Origin: Nanohaloarchaea archaeon B1-Br10_U2g1
Lineage (GTDB): Archaea; Nanohalarchaeota; Nanosalinia; Nanosalinales; Nanosalinaceae
Assembly (NCBI GenBank): GCA_001563875.1
Contig: LKMN01000018.1
Span: forward strand, 1-16,195
DNA: 16,195 bases
Direction of reading: 5' to 3'
Numbering within the stretch: the first letter of the stretch is position 1; every line of letters starts with the position of its first letter. This document shows, in pieces, positions 1-8,539 of the stretch. A model generated the notes under the pieces. It had not been told where the DNA came from and ran no database searches. It saw only the letters and a list, made by a program, of their open reading frames with translations. The translations under genes were made by a program, and so were the position numbers.

Positions 1-178
1 AATCTTCTTTCGAATATTTGAAGAAACCTGTGCCTTTCTCCTCATCGACTTTTTTACCTCGAGACTTTTTAGCATCCCTCTTTAGGTAGCTGCGGCCGCA
101 TCTATGACATTTAACTCTTTTTTGAGCCTTCGATCTCTGTTTGAAGCCGCAGTCCGGACACTGGTAGAAGACAGCCAT
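1..178 (-). CDS. Small CPxCG-type zinc-finger/zinc-ribbon protein (at least 59 aa; stop codon at or beyond the window edge; not in ORF track)
   Basis: Manual translation from ATG at 178: MAVFYQCPDCGFKQRSKAQKRVKCHRCGRSYLKRDAKKSRGKKVDEEKGTGFFKYSKED. It has two Cys pairs (CPDCG, CHRCG) and an open frame to the edge, and it is divergent from the gene at 257. Confidence 0.8.
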   Translation of the reverse strand, partial: MAVFYQCPDCGFKQRSKAQKRVKCHRCGRSYLKRDAKKSRGKKVDEEKGTGFFKYSKED

Positions 179-225
179 ACCATTCAAACTGTGTTTAGGC
201 TTCCAAAAATCTTGGGGTCAGACAA

Positions 226-234
226 TTTTTTAAA
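226..234 (+). promoter_or_regulatory. Putative TATA box for the gene at 257
   Basis: TTTTTTAAA lies 23-31 nt upstream of ATG 257, the spacing expected for a leaderless archaeal transcript. Confidence 0.45.
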
Positions 235-256
235 CCGTCTAAGGCAAAAAGGATTC

Positions 257-544
257 ATGTTTTCAAAACTTAAAATACCGGTTTTAATTGGTTTAATCTT
301 TTATGCAGTAGCTTTTTTAATAGTAAGTAGTTTAGGTTATAATTCTTTTTCTTTTACAGTTATTGCTTACCTTTACGTTGTTCTATCAGTCGTTTTAGCC
401 GTTAAGTATGAGGTTAGAGGAAGCAGTGTTCCTTCATCTCTCAAAAATATAGCTGTGATTGTTGATGAGGAAGAGAAACGTATCAAGAATCTATTCACAG
501 GAGAGAGGTTTGAAATAAAAGGAGAGGTTGAGAGGGTTCAGTAG
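257..544 (+). CDS. Small hypothetical membrane protein (95 aa, about 2 TM helices plus a short soluble tail)
   Basis: The track ORF 104..544 is re-started at MFSKLK (257) because its N-terminal extension overlaps the zinc-finger gene and a TATA-like box precedes 257. Two hydrophobic stretches: IPVLIGLIFYAVAFLIVSSL and FTVIAYLYVVLSVVLAV. Confidence 0.65.
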   Translation: MFSKLKIPVLIGLIFYAVAFLIVSSLGYNSFSFTVIAYLYVVLSVVLAVKYEVRGSSVPSSLKNIAVIVDEEEKRIKNLFTGERFEIKGEVERVQ

Positions 545-1395
545 CTCTCTGTTACAAGCTCTTCTCCCTCTGAACCTTTGAGTCTTGCCTGGTCGCCTTG
601 TTGGTTCCATCTTATGCCCGAGTCATAGATGTTTACAGCGTCTTCGTCAACGGTTTCAACATCTTCCTCATCGTTACTGTAGAGGTATAGTTTCGAGTCT
701 CCTGCAAGCTCTACGTTTTCGAAGACGTAATGGTAGTTACCTCTGTCTGACGCTTCCCAGTTCTCAAGATCAAGGGTTTCAGAACCAGTGTTCTCAACCT
801 TTAGGTGTTCTGAGTCGCCTTCCGGCTGTACCTCTAGATCAAGTTTATCTGAGTAGTGATCGGATACAGAATCTTTAGAAACAGATCTCAGCTCTTCTTT
901 TTTCTCCTCCATAAGGTCTTTTAGTCTCTCTTTTTCTTGTTCTATCTCTGACCTGTCTGTTCCTTCGAAATCTTCGTAAGTTGCTCCTTTAACAGTCCTT
1001 TTCTCAAGTGTCCCATAAGGAGTTTGTACGGTCTCTACTGTTTCCGTAGCTCTCTGTTCTATTTTTAGGTCTGCCTCCGGAGTTTTCAGTTTCCATACTG
1101 TTGATTCAGGATCTCTGTCTATGGAAAGTTCGGATTCTGCATCTTGTATCAGTGTTTCAGCGCCTTCAGAGGTTATTTCTGTTCTTATCTCTTGAAACGC
1201 TGTTGAAACCTGACGTACAAAACCTTCAGACGTCTGGTTAGTCACTACATCCTCTTGAAGCTGTTCGCTTTCAGATATGTCAGGCATATCTTGAGAGAAA
1301 GTCTCTGTATCCTCCAAAGTTTGTGAAGCTACAGGTACAGAAACCATTCCCATTATTAGCGATGCGGCAATTAGTGAACTGCCTATATCAGTCAT
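538..1395 (-). CDS. Secreted or membrane-anchored acidic protein with C-terminal lamin-tail domain (LTD)
   Basis: N-terminal hydrophobic segment (SLIAASLIMGMVSVPVA). The C-terminal pattern EHLKVENTG..LDLENW..SD...Y.F..VEL...WNQQGDQARL matches the prokaryotic LTD consensus. Very D/E rich. Confidence 0.75.
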   Translation of the reverse strand: MTDIGSSLIAASLIMGMVSVPVASQTLEDTETFSQDMPDISESEQLQEDVVTNQTSEGFVRQVSTAFQEIRTEITSEGAETLIQDAESELSIDRDPESTVWKLKTPEADLKIEQRATETVETVQTPYGTLEKRTVKGATYEDFEGTDRSEIEQEKERLKDLMEEKKEELRSVSKDSVSDHYSDKLDLEVQPEGDSEHLKVENTGSETLDLENWEASDRGNYHYVFENVELAGDSKLYLYSNDEEDVETVDEDAVNIYDSGIRWNQQGDQARLKGSEGEELVTESY

Positions 1396-1579
1396 TGTAA
1401 CTCTCAGTTTTGAAGGCTTATTTATAAAATTTTACAGTGAAAAATCAATACAAGAACACTTGAAAGACATAATAAATTCTCAATTTAGATTGAAAATTTA
1501 TAATATCTATAAAAAACCTCAAAAAAGCAAGTAAATACAATTTGTAAGTTTTTAGAGTTGATATCTTCTACTAAATATT

Positions 1580-2770
1580 TTACAAATGTACCTCCCCTGA
1601 GAAGAATATTATCGTCGGCACCAGGAGAACCGCCATACAGACCCGCCTGTTAGAGGTTAGAACCGCGGCCAGACCTACAAAAGAGGAAACAAACAAGACC
1701 ATTAAACCTCTAAAACCGGTTAGATAAAACGTTATAATTACTAAAACTCCTATAACAGTTAAAAGCACCTTAGAATAGTCAAAACGTTTTATAACCGATA
1801 CATATACTCTTGCTATATTCAAAGCTAGTAACACCGATAAGCCTGTGGCGAAAAGCGATGTACCCATTAAGAAGAAAACTTCATGCCGAGAGATACTGGA
1901 TACAGCCTGTAAAGCCACAGAGGCGCCTGAACGCGCTCTTTCTATAACCAGTATCGCTAGAAACGAGATTATTATATCCGTAGTATTAACACCGCCCATA
2001 CCTGCAAGAAACTCTCTTTTAGAGTTACCGGATATGGGCGCTATAAAAGAAGTTGATGCCGCCGCACCAAGTCCCGGAAATATACCCGCGGTAAGACCAG
2101 CCAGAAAACCTATGACTCCTCCTTTTAAGGACTTGTCTTTTGTAATTCTTGCCGGTTTCTGTCCGGGTATACTTGCTCTTTCACTTAACGAAAGCAGGAC
2201 TGTGGGCACAGCGAAAAGTCCAGCAAAAATTGGAACCAGAATATACTGTCTGTTAACTGTTGTAGTGAATGACAGAGCTCCTAGAGTCCCTGCAAGAGCT
2301 GCTACTGTGAAAGATGCTTTTAGATCTCCTGAGTCGAATACTAGTACAAGTAGAAAGAATAGTAGAAGATACTCCATGAACCCTTCAAGAACCATATAGA
2401 CCGGTTCAATCGTTAGATAGAGTATGGGAAGCATTAACACTACAAGTACGGTTGACCACATACCTCCTATAACCGTGTAATAGAATCCTTCTATGCCTTT
2501 TCCGTTAGAAGTCATCTCCAGCCCAGGGCTTGTAGAGAGTGCCGACTCTCCCTCAGGAGCTCCAAGGAACATTGCAGGAAGAAAGTCGTGAAAAGTGTGC
2601 GCCACCGAAAGACCGGAGATAAATGATAAATAATTAACAAAAGTTACGTCAAGAAAAAAGTAAAACGGTAATGAACCAAATATAACAGTATTAGGGTGTA
2701 TTCCCGGAGTTAGACCAGTAAATACTCCTGTTAACACACCAATAAGAACTAAAAACACAATTTCTATCAT
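1580..2770 (-). CDS. TctA-family / DUF112 archaeal integral membrane protein (tripartite tricarboxylate transporter permease family), about 396 aa
   Basis: Motifs TGLTPGIHPN, HTFHDFLPAMFLGAP, GIFPGLG and RARSGA, and polytopic hydrophobicity. Start moved to MIEIVF (2770) because the track extension overlaps nac. Confidence 0.85.
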   Translation of the reverse strand: MIEIVFLVLIGVLTGVFTGLTPGIHPNTVIFGSLPFYFFLDVTFVNYLSFISGLSVAHTFHDFLPAMFLGAPEGESALSTSPGLEMTSNGKGIEGFYYTVIGGMWSTVLVVLMLPILYLTIEPVYMVLEGFMEYLLLFFLLVLVFDSGDLKASFTVAALAGTLGALSFTTTVNRQYILVPIFAGLFAVPTVLLSLSERASIPGQKPARITKDKSLKGGVIGFLAGLTAGIFPGLGAAASTSFIAPISGNSKREFLAGMGGVNTTDIIISFLAILVIERARSGASVALQAVSSISRHEVFFLMGTSLFATGLSVLLALNIARVYVSVIKRFDYSKVLLTVIGVLVIITFYLTGFRGLMVLFVSSFVGLAAVLTSNRRVCMAVLLVPTIIFFSGEVHL

Positions 2771-2792
2771 AGAATAATGACAAGGATCACGG

Positions 2793-2802
2793 ATATAAAA
2801 AA
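2793..2802. promoter_or_regulatory. Putative shared (bidirectional) TATA element between the TctA-like gene and nac
   Basis: ATATAAAAAA on + is 21-30 nt before nac ATG 2823. The same bases read TTTTTTATAT on -, 23-32 nt before ATG 2770. The gap is only 52 bp. Confidence 0.55.
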
Positions 2803-2822
2803 CAGGGCCTAACTGGAACAAC

Positions 2823-3137
2823 ATGTTCGGCGGCGGAAAAGATATGGCGAAGATGATGAAGCAGATGGGAATGGATATGGAAGAGCTTGACGCAGAGAAA
2901 GTTGAAGTCCATCTGTCAGATGAGAAAAAACTTGTTTTCTCCAAACCAGAGATCTCAAAGATAGAAGTACAGGGACAAGAAGTCTTCCAGCTACAAGGAA
3001 ACTACTCAGAAGTTGAAGACGTAAGCTCTGAAGATATTGAACTAGTGATGGAGAAAACGGATTGTTCAGAGAGCGAAGCCAAGGAAGCCCTGAAGAACTC
3101 TGAAGATGTTGCGGAAGCAATAATGAATCTTCAGTAA
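2823..3137 (+). CDS. nac: Archaeal nascent polypeptide-associated complex protein (NAC)
   Basis: N-terminal MMKQMGMDMEEL-AEKV NAC signature, central beta region (V-GQEVFQLQG) and C-terminal UBA-like EDIELVMEKT...AKEALK...DVAEAIMNL. Confidence 0.95.
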   Translation: MFGGGKDMAKMMKQMGMDMEELDAEKVEVHLSDEKKLVFSKPEISKIEVQGQEVFQLQGNYSEVEDVSSEDIELVMEKTDCSESEAKEALKNSEDVAEAIMNLQ

Positions 3138-3208
3138 ATCTACTACTTCTTATTTAATTTTACAGAACTTAGACAACGAAAAATCATTCTTACTTATTTG
3201 AGATACTT

Positions 3209-4825
3209 CTAGGTCTGATCCCCTTCGTAATCCATATACTCTAAGAACTTAGCGTAAGCCGGCCTTGTAATCATTATACCTACTAGAACGCCTATTATCG
3301 TGGTTATTGCGAACCCTCTTACAGCCTGTAGTGCGAAGGCGGACGGATCAAACTGCATCATAAAGACCGACGCTGTTACTGTAAACGCTCCGAGACCCAG
3401 GTACATCCTGCTTGCTCTTCTGCTGTACAGAGCGTATCCTATAAGTCCTAGTCCTGCCGCACCTATTGCAAGATTGGATGCAGCCGGATTAATCAACGGC
3501 GCCATCGCCCCTATAGTGGTAGCGGCTGCCGTAAATATCACGAAGAAAGCTCTCTTCAAACGTCTCTTCCAGCTTCTTATCTTATCTTTACCTCTCTCGT
3601 CCGTAATAATAATCTGGTCATCTACACCGGTTCCTACCGCCGCAATTATACCTGCTATCGCCGCCAAGTCAAGCGTTATCAGCGTCGAGAAGAACGCTCC
3701 TAACAGGATGAATACTTCTGAAGATCCTGTAAATACTATAGGAACTACTAGTCTTGGATCACCGTATCTTAGATAGATTATACCTCCCACAGCTATAAGA
3801 GAGGAAACTATTGAGAAAAGCGCAGCCGTCATAAACCGATCTCCAAGTGCTGCCGATATAGTAGATATGCTCTCGACCTGGATACCTGCCGGCAGACTTC
3901 CCGACTGAAGTATTGCCTGTAGTTCTTCCATGTTCTGTTGTGTCTCCGCCTCGGTCTCTCCTCCTCCCGTTATTGAGGGCTGCTGTATTATCTGTTGTGC
4001 GAAAACTCCTGCCATCCTAAGCTCGTTCTGCATCTCACCGTCGACATAAAGTCTCAGGTATGCGTATTCGTTGCTGTCAGGCATCATCAGATGTGATTCA
4101 TCGCCTACTCCTGCCACCTCATAGTTCTGGGCAACTCTCTGTACGTTTTCCGCTGATTCTCGTGTAATTATTACAGGGAACTGGAACTCGAAACCTTCAC
4201 CGCTCGGTCCTACAGCCCCCTCTCCGGTAAGCACCTGTTCTACATCTGCTCCAGAGTAGGCTACAGCTTCTAGATGAGCTGTGTCCTCAGTATCGTTTAT
4301 GTAACGGAATGTTGTACCTTCTATCTCCCAATCGTCTCCAGGCTGGTATGTCGAGCCGTTTACCGAGATTTCTCCGTTTTCGCGTGTAAAGGTATGTGTC
4401 TCGAAAAGCGTGTACTCCAGCTCGTCTTCAACTTCTAGCGGCATTCTTGCTTCGAACTGTCCTTCCTGCTCTATAAGCTCTCTTATCTGTTCTTGGTCTG
4501 TTTCAGCCACCTCAACCTGCACCATATACTCTCCGGCCAGCTCGACAGTTCTTATCGATGCCTCAGTTAGACCGAAAGCCGATATTCTCTGGTCTAGTAC
4601 GTTTGATACTTGGTTAGCAAGTTCCTGACTGTTCTCTTCAGAATCTATAGAGACAAGTACATTAGTTCCTCCTTGGAGGTCTAAACCTTGGTTTATCCCT
4701 GTCTCTATCTGCCACTGTCCGTCGTCGTCTTGGACGTACTGCGGGCTTAGAAGAATTAAAGATATTAAAAGCGAAAATGCTAGCACCCACATCCTCCATT
4801 CTTTAAGTAGCGGCTTTACCTCCAT
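3209..4825 (-). CDS. secD: Protein translocase subunit SecD (archaeal)
   Basis: GLDLQGG after TM1, large extracellular domain ending LQSGSLP, DLAAIAGIIAAVGTGVDDQIII, RGFAITTIIG and ITRPAY. Lies directly downstream of secF. Confidence 0.95.
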   Translation of the reverse strand: MEVKPLLKEWRMWVLAFSLLISLILLSPQYVQDDDGQWQIETGINQGLDLQGGTNVLVSIDSEENSQELANQVSNVLDQRISAFGLTEASIRTVELAGEYMVQVEVAETDQEQIRELIEQEGQFEARMPLEVEDELEYTLFETHTFTRENGEISVNGSTYQPGDDWEIEGTTFRYINDTEDTAHLEAVAYSGADVEQVLTGEGAVGPSGEGFEFQFPVIITRESAENVQRVAQNYEVAGVGDESHLMMPDSNEYAYLRLYVDGEMQNELRMAGVFAQQIIQQPSITGGGETEAETQQNMEELQAILQSGSLPAGIQVESISTISAALGDRFMTAALFSIVSSLIAVGGIIYLRYGDPRLVVPIVFTGSSEVFILLGAFFSTLITLDLAAIAGIIAAVGTGVDDQIIITDERGKDKIRSWKRRLKRAFFVIFTAAATTIGAMAPLINPAASNLAIGAAGLGLIGYALYSRRASRMYLGLGAFTVTASVFMMQFDPSAFALQAVRGFAITTIIGVLVGIMITRPAYAKFLEYMDYEGDQT

Positions 4826-5751
4826 GTTAACATACCTCCTAGCTCAGAAGCTGCTTCTGAAGCTGTTTCCATATCTCCGTCAGCATACTTCTTTAGTACA
4901 ACTGCGTTTCCAAGCCATGTTAAAGGCATGTCTGCGAGCAGTCCTATAACCATTACTGCTGCGATATTTGAAAGCTCTGAAGGCCCCGCTATCATCCATG
5001 AAACTGCGTAAAGTAGTGTGAAGCCGGCTATTCCGCCAGAGCTCATTGTTAGTCCTGTCTTGGTTGCGCTCCAGACACGGTCTCTTAGGCTTCCACGTCT
5101 CTGTTTGAGAACTCTAGTAGATAAGACAATATCCGTATCAACAGAATAACCTATAAGCATCAGTAAAGCTGCTAAAGAACCTAATGTTAGAGGTATATCT
5201 AGTAAAGCCATACCAGCCATCGCAAATGTTATGTCTCCAGCTATAGCAAATATTACGGCAAAAGAAGGCACTATATCTCTGAAAGCTATGAAAACAACAG
5301 TACTCATTATTATGAAGGCGATTCCGAAAGCTAGTATTGCCTGTCTAAAGAACTCTTCAGAGACCGTCGCATCTATAGTGCTTAGGCTCTGCAGCTCAAC
5401 ACCAAAACCTTCGTCTTCAAGCACCTCTACAGCTTCTCCCTCAGTAAGCTCAGGGGGAGGAGCCCTCAACAATAAATATGTTTCATCGGTAGTAACCTGT
5501 TCTAATGCCTCTACATCTTCTCTGCCAGCATTAGCGAAAGCAGATTCTATTTCTTGTGTCGAAAACTCTTCATCTATAGAAAACTGCATCTCTGTACCGC
5601 CTGTGAAGTCAAGACCCAACGTTAAAACCTGGCCAGTTAAAATATAGTTCCCTCCTAGAACTGTTAACGCAAGGACGACCATCAAGACAGGTATTATGAA
5701 GTAGTCCTCCATATTCCTGTAGATTCTATCGAAATATTTCTCTAGACTCAC
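4816..5751 (-). CDS. secF: Protein translocase subunit SecF (archaeal); start probably GTG 5751 (track start 5787)
   Basis: LGLDFTGGT, LAALLMLIGYSVDTDIVLSTRVLK and IGLLAD...TWLGNA motifs. TTTAAAAG on - lies about 27-34 nt upstream of GTG 5751. The exact start is uncertain. Confidence 0.93.
   Translation of the reverse strand: MSLEKYFDRIYRNMEDYFIIPVLMVVLALTVLGGNYILTGQVLTLGLDFTGGTEMQFSIDEEFSTQEIESAFANAGREDVEALEQVTTDETYLLLRAPPPELTEGEAVEVLEDEGFGVELQSLSTIDATVSEEFFRQAILAFGIAFIIMSTVVFIAFRDIVPSFAVIFAIAGDITFAMAGMALLDIPLTLGSLAALLMLIGYSVDTDIVLSTRVLKQRRGSLRDRVWSATKTGLTMSSGGIAGFTLLYAVSWMIAGPSELSNIAAVMVIGLLADMPLTWLGNAVVLKKYADGDMETASEAASELGGMLTWR
4834..4840 (-). promoter_or_regulatory. Shine-Dalgarno site for secD inside the secF 3' end
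   Basis: AGGAGGT on - strand, 8 nt before secD ATG (4825). secF and secD overlap by 10 nt, suggesting translational coupling. Confidence 0.7.
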
Positions 5752-5845
5752 AGTTATTATAGAAGTAGCTAAGAATCTTTTAAACACTCCGGGAGGTTGC
5801 TTGAGTAGAGAATAAAAAAGCTCCAGCCTTAACAGTTAAACACTG

Positions 5846-8536
5846 ATGAGTATAGATCCGGATGATATTAATTTTAGATCAGTAAAGACCTTCCTAAACA
5901 GACACAGAATGTTTCTGCTGGCTTCTATCATAGCTCTAGCCGCTGTCTACATCCGGTTCAGCCCGGCTGAAAACATGGATTACCTACAAGCAATGGACTC
6001 ATATATCATATACCGTTTCAGCCAGCATATCGCCTTAGACTGGAGCTTCCCGGCCTTAGACTTTTTTAGGTACTTCCCTTACGCTTTCCCTACTTATGCT
6101 GAAAACATGGGATCTTTCTATATTCCTGCTATACTTTACTGGTTAGGTCCTTTCCTATTCCTTGACTACCTCACTTGGGCTCAGTTATTCCCGCCTTTGA
6201 TGGGAGGACTATCCGTTATCGCAATCTACTTTATCGGTAAAGAGGCATTTGACCCTTTAACAGGTGTTTCCGCAGCCTTCTTCCTTGCAACAATCGCAGG
6301 GGTCATGCATAGATCCGGTGCAGGATTCTTCCAGAAAGACCCTATATCTGCAGCATTCATGCTAGTATCTATCTACTTCTTCATACGTGCCTGGAAACGC
6401 GACGACTGGTACTCCGGAATAGGTGCCGGTGCCACCTTAGGAGTCGCAACAATATCTTGGGGAGGCTCAAGCATGCTTTGGCTCCTCTACGCTCTAACAG
6501 TAGGCGTGATGCTCTGGATAAATGAAGATATACGGAAACTTGTAACCGCCTACACACCAACAATACTAATAGGTGCTTTCCTAGCAGCCTCACTGAACCA
6601 CGACAGGTTCTGGCTTACAGATCTAGACTTCTTAGCTAACCTAGCCGTACTTCTCCTACTATGGAGCCGTTATCTGCTTGAAGAGCTTGAGCTAGTTAAA
6701 GAAAACTATCTTCCATATTATATACCGTCAGTCTCTATTTTTGGGCTTGTAATGGCAGCTTTATCACCTTTGTACTCCCAGACTCTTGCAAATATGTTCA
6801 TAAGGATGGTCAGACGCGTTACAAGACAACAGAGCGACAGCGACGTTATTGGAGGGACAGTGGCAGAGAACACTCCTGTTACGTTAGGAGAACTTTCCTC
6901 ACAGCTTGGATCTGTAGGTGTTAGTCAGGTCCAGATGTTTGTAAGTGATCCTTATGCCAGCATTATATCACCTTTCACAGCAATAGGAGGCTTAATAAGC
7001 AATATCAACGGTCCTTGGCCTCTAGCATTTATAGGTATCGTTTTCCTTTCAACGAGCATCCTTTTCATGGTTTTAAGGAAGCTGGAGTTTGTCGAGGAAA
7101 CCATAAATGAAAGAATATTTTACCGAGTGCTCGCAGCGGTCCTAGTAGTTTGGATCGGATCTTTCTCACTAGTATTTGACGACCCTACCCCTGGAGCTAC
7201 CTTAATTGCTGTAGGACCTGCAGTATTTGCATTAGCAGGTTCTCTAGGAATATTATATAGCTTAGAAGAGTTTAGAGACATAGATATTGAGATAAAGTGG
7301 TACCAGATAATCCTAGTTTTATGGGCAGTAAGCAACATACTGGCTGCTTCAGCACAGTCTAGACTTGTCTTTTTAGCGTCCTATCCTACGGCATTCATGG
7401 CAGGATACATGTTTGCTAAAGTGGTAAGAAGAATCAGAGATCTTGGCCCAGAGTCTGTCCGGTACTTGTCAGTAGGTTCAGGAGTTCTGCTAATAGATAT
7501 TACTCTTATCGTAGGCCTCCTAATCTCCGGTATAGGGATAATCCCTGCAGTTGTTGCCGTGGCTATACTTAACGGTCTCGGCTATATTATAGCAGGAGGG
7601 ATCGAATCCCGCCATCATCTGAACAGCAACTATCTAAGTACAGGCCTTCTAGCCATCATGGTTATTGTGACCATCCTAGTAAACTTCGGATCAGGATACT
7701 CGGCAGCAAACAGTCTGCAGGAGTCTCCTGACGAACTATGGATGGAAAATCTAGATTATCTGAACGAAGAGGCTGATGAAGACGCAGTAGTTCTCTCGTG
7801 GTGGGACTACGGATACCATTTCCAGTCGGTAGGCAGAACAGCAACTGTGGCAGACGGAGGTAACTTAGGATACTACACAGATGAGGATAGAATTCCTTAT
7901 ACCATAGCAGATTTCTTCACATCGGAGAACCCTGAAGAGCATGAAGAGCTTTTCAAGAAACATTCTGTGGACTACCTGGTCCTAGACGAGACTATGCTAG
8001 GTAAGTACTCTGCCGTAAGCCAGATCGCTGAAAGGGATAATGAGAACTTCCGTTCAATGATACAGCTTGAAAGCCCAAGTAATATACAGGAAGGAGTAAC
8101 AGAGATAGATAATAGAACCATGGTAGAGTTCTCAGGCCAGGGAATAAACGTTTATACTCCAGTAGATAATAGTGAAGGCTCTGCAGAGATAACTTCGGCT
8201 CCTATATTCGAAAGCCCTGAATTCAGAGGAGAGATAGACTGCGTTCTAACAGATGACGGTGTGCAGGAGTTTGACGGAGATGGAATCGAGCTTGATGGTT
8301 TCGGAGAAGTATGTGCAGCACAGAACCCTTACTTCAATGTAGACAGGGCTTTAGCTTTTGGACAGCAAGGGTTCGGAATGCCGGCCAGACTCGTACTAGT
8401 ACCGAAAGATATCAAGGATCATACCATGGTACGGCTATATCTTATGGATGGCTACGATATTGATTTCCTCGAGAGCGCTCCTGACGCCTCTAACGACTAC
8501 ATCAAAACCTGGGAAGTTGACTATGACGAACTTTAA
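5846..8536 (+). CDS. aglB: Oligosaccharyltransferase AglB (STT3 family)
   Basis: WWDYG motif, EL1 Asp (MDSY), TIXE-type TVAE motif, conserved Arg (QSRL), RTATVADG, DK-like LDETMLGK, and a multi-TM N-terminal region. Confidence 0.96.
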   Translation: MSIDPDDINFRSVKTFLNRHRMFLLASIIALAAVYIRFSPAENMDYLQAMDSYIIYRFSQHIALDWSFPALDFFRYFPYAFPTYAENMGSFYIPAILYWLGPFLFLDYLTWAQLFPPLMGGLSVIAIYFIGKEAFDPLTGVSAAFFLATIAGVMHRSGAGFFQKDPISAAFMLVSIYFFIRAWKRDDWYSGIGAGATLGVATISWGGSSMLWLLYALTVGVMLWINEDIRKLVTAYTPTILIGAFLAASLNHDRFWLTDLDFLANLAVLLLLWSRYLLEELELVKENYLPYYIPSVSIFGLVMAALSPLYSQTLANMFIRMVRRVTRQQSDSDVIGGTVAENTPVTLGELSSQLGSVGVSQVQMFVSDPYASIISPFTAIGGLISNINGPWPLAFIGIVFLSTSILFMVLRKLEFVEETINERIFYRVLAAVLVVWIGSFSLVFDDPTPGATLIAVGPAVFALAGSLGILYSLEEFRDIDIEIKWYQIILVLWAVSNILAASAQSRLVFLASYPTAFMAGYMFAKVVRRIRDLGPESVRYLSVGSGVLLIDITLIVGLLISGIGIIPAVVAVAILNGLGYIIAGGIESRHHLNSNYLSTGLLAIMVIVTILVNFGSGYSAANSLQESPDELWMENLDYLNEEADEDAVVLSWWDYGYHFQSVGRTATVADGGNLGYYTDEDRIPYTIADFFTSENPEEHEELFKKHSVDYLVLDETMLGKYSAVSQIAERDNENFRSMIQLESPSNIQEGVTEIDNRTMVEFSGQGINVYTPVDNSEGSAEITSAPIFESPEFRGEIDCVLTDDGVQEFDGDGIELDGFGEVCAAQNPYFNVDRALAFGQQGFGMPARLVLVPKDIKDHTMVRLYLMDGYDIDFLESAPDASNDYIKTWEVDYDEL

Positions 8537-8539
8537 AAC

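Noticed and set aside
104-256. N-terminal 51 aa of track ORF 104..544
   Set aside because: It overlaps the antisense zinc-finger gene, and ATG 257 has a TATA box at the right distance.
2771-2944. N-terminal extension of track ORF 1580..2944 and ORF 2809..3120 (-)
   Set aside because: Both are antisense to nac, have Ser/Leu-rich shadow composition and carry no family motifs.
585-5647. Track ORFs 585..878, 1845..2399, 3300..3776, 4410..4628 and 5231..5647
   Set aside because: Antisense shadows fully inside well-supported genes (LTD protein, TctA-like, secD, secF).
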